From the NCBI RefSeq assembly GCF_030684315.1, contig NC_081355.1, positions 88,365,733 to 88,429,732 on the forward strand: a DNA stretch of 64,000 bases. The letters are read 5' to 3'. The position numbers and the translations under genes are program-made. Shown here one piece after another: positions 63,861 to 64,000 of the stretch. The notes under the pieces are model-generated. The model made no database searches and was not told where the DNA came from. It was given only the letters and a program-made list of their open reading frames with translations. The stretch's first letter is position 1. Each line of letters begins with the position of its first letter. The stretch is from Stegostoma tigrinum. Lineage: Eukaryota.

Positions 63861-64000
63861 GATTCGAGTTGGGAGCAGAGAGGCGAATATGTCTAATATG
63901 TTTTTTTTATTGGATTTTCCAGAGTCCACAAAGTTTGACAATAAGAGAAAATGGACACTGAGGGAGGTTTTAAAAAAAACAAAAAGCAGGAGAGCAAATG

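Overview
Eukaryotic (vertebrate) genomic DNA, almost certainly from a shark: it carries elasmobranch HE1/V-SINEs, CR1/HER1-type LINEs and abundant Penelope-like elements (PLEs). Three spliced genes were reconstructed by hand with consistent GT-AG phases. BAG1 is on +, with 7 coding exons at 4104-21575 (207 aa). FASTKD3 is on -, with 6 coding exons at 43996-23433 (662 aa), and converges tail-to-tail with BAG1. The 5' part of MTRR is on +, with coding exons at 58148-63179, and continues past the window. Most ORFs in the track are spurious or retroelement fragments. The most interesting non-genic signal is a family of minimal type-I hammerhead ribozyme motifs (CTGATGA-A-GGGTCTAGGCCC-GAAAC-GTC) in PLE terminal repeats. 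These include a TSD-flanked, circularly permuted ~339-nt tandem unit at 48264-49273 that looks like a retrozyme (circular-RNA retroelement), and a sense-oriented copy ~130 nt upstream of a FASTKD3 splice acceptor. Several fold-back hairpins and two locally templated inverted duplications are also present. All family assignments are from recalled motifs, not database searches.
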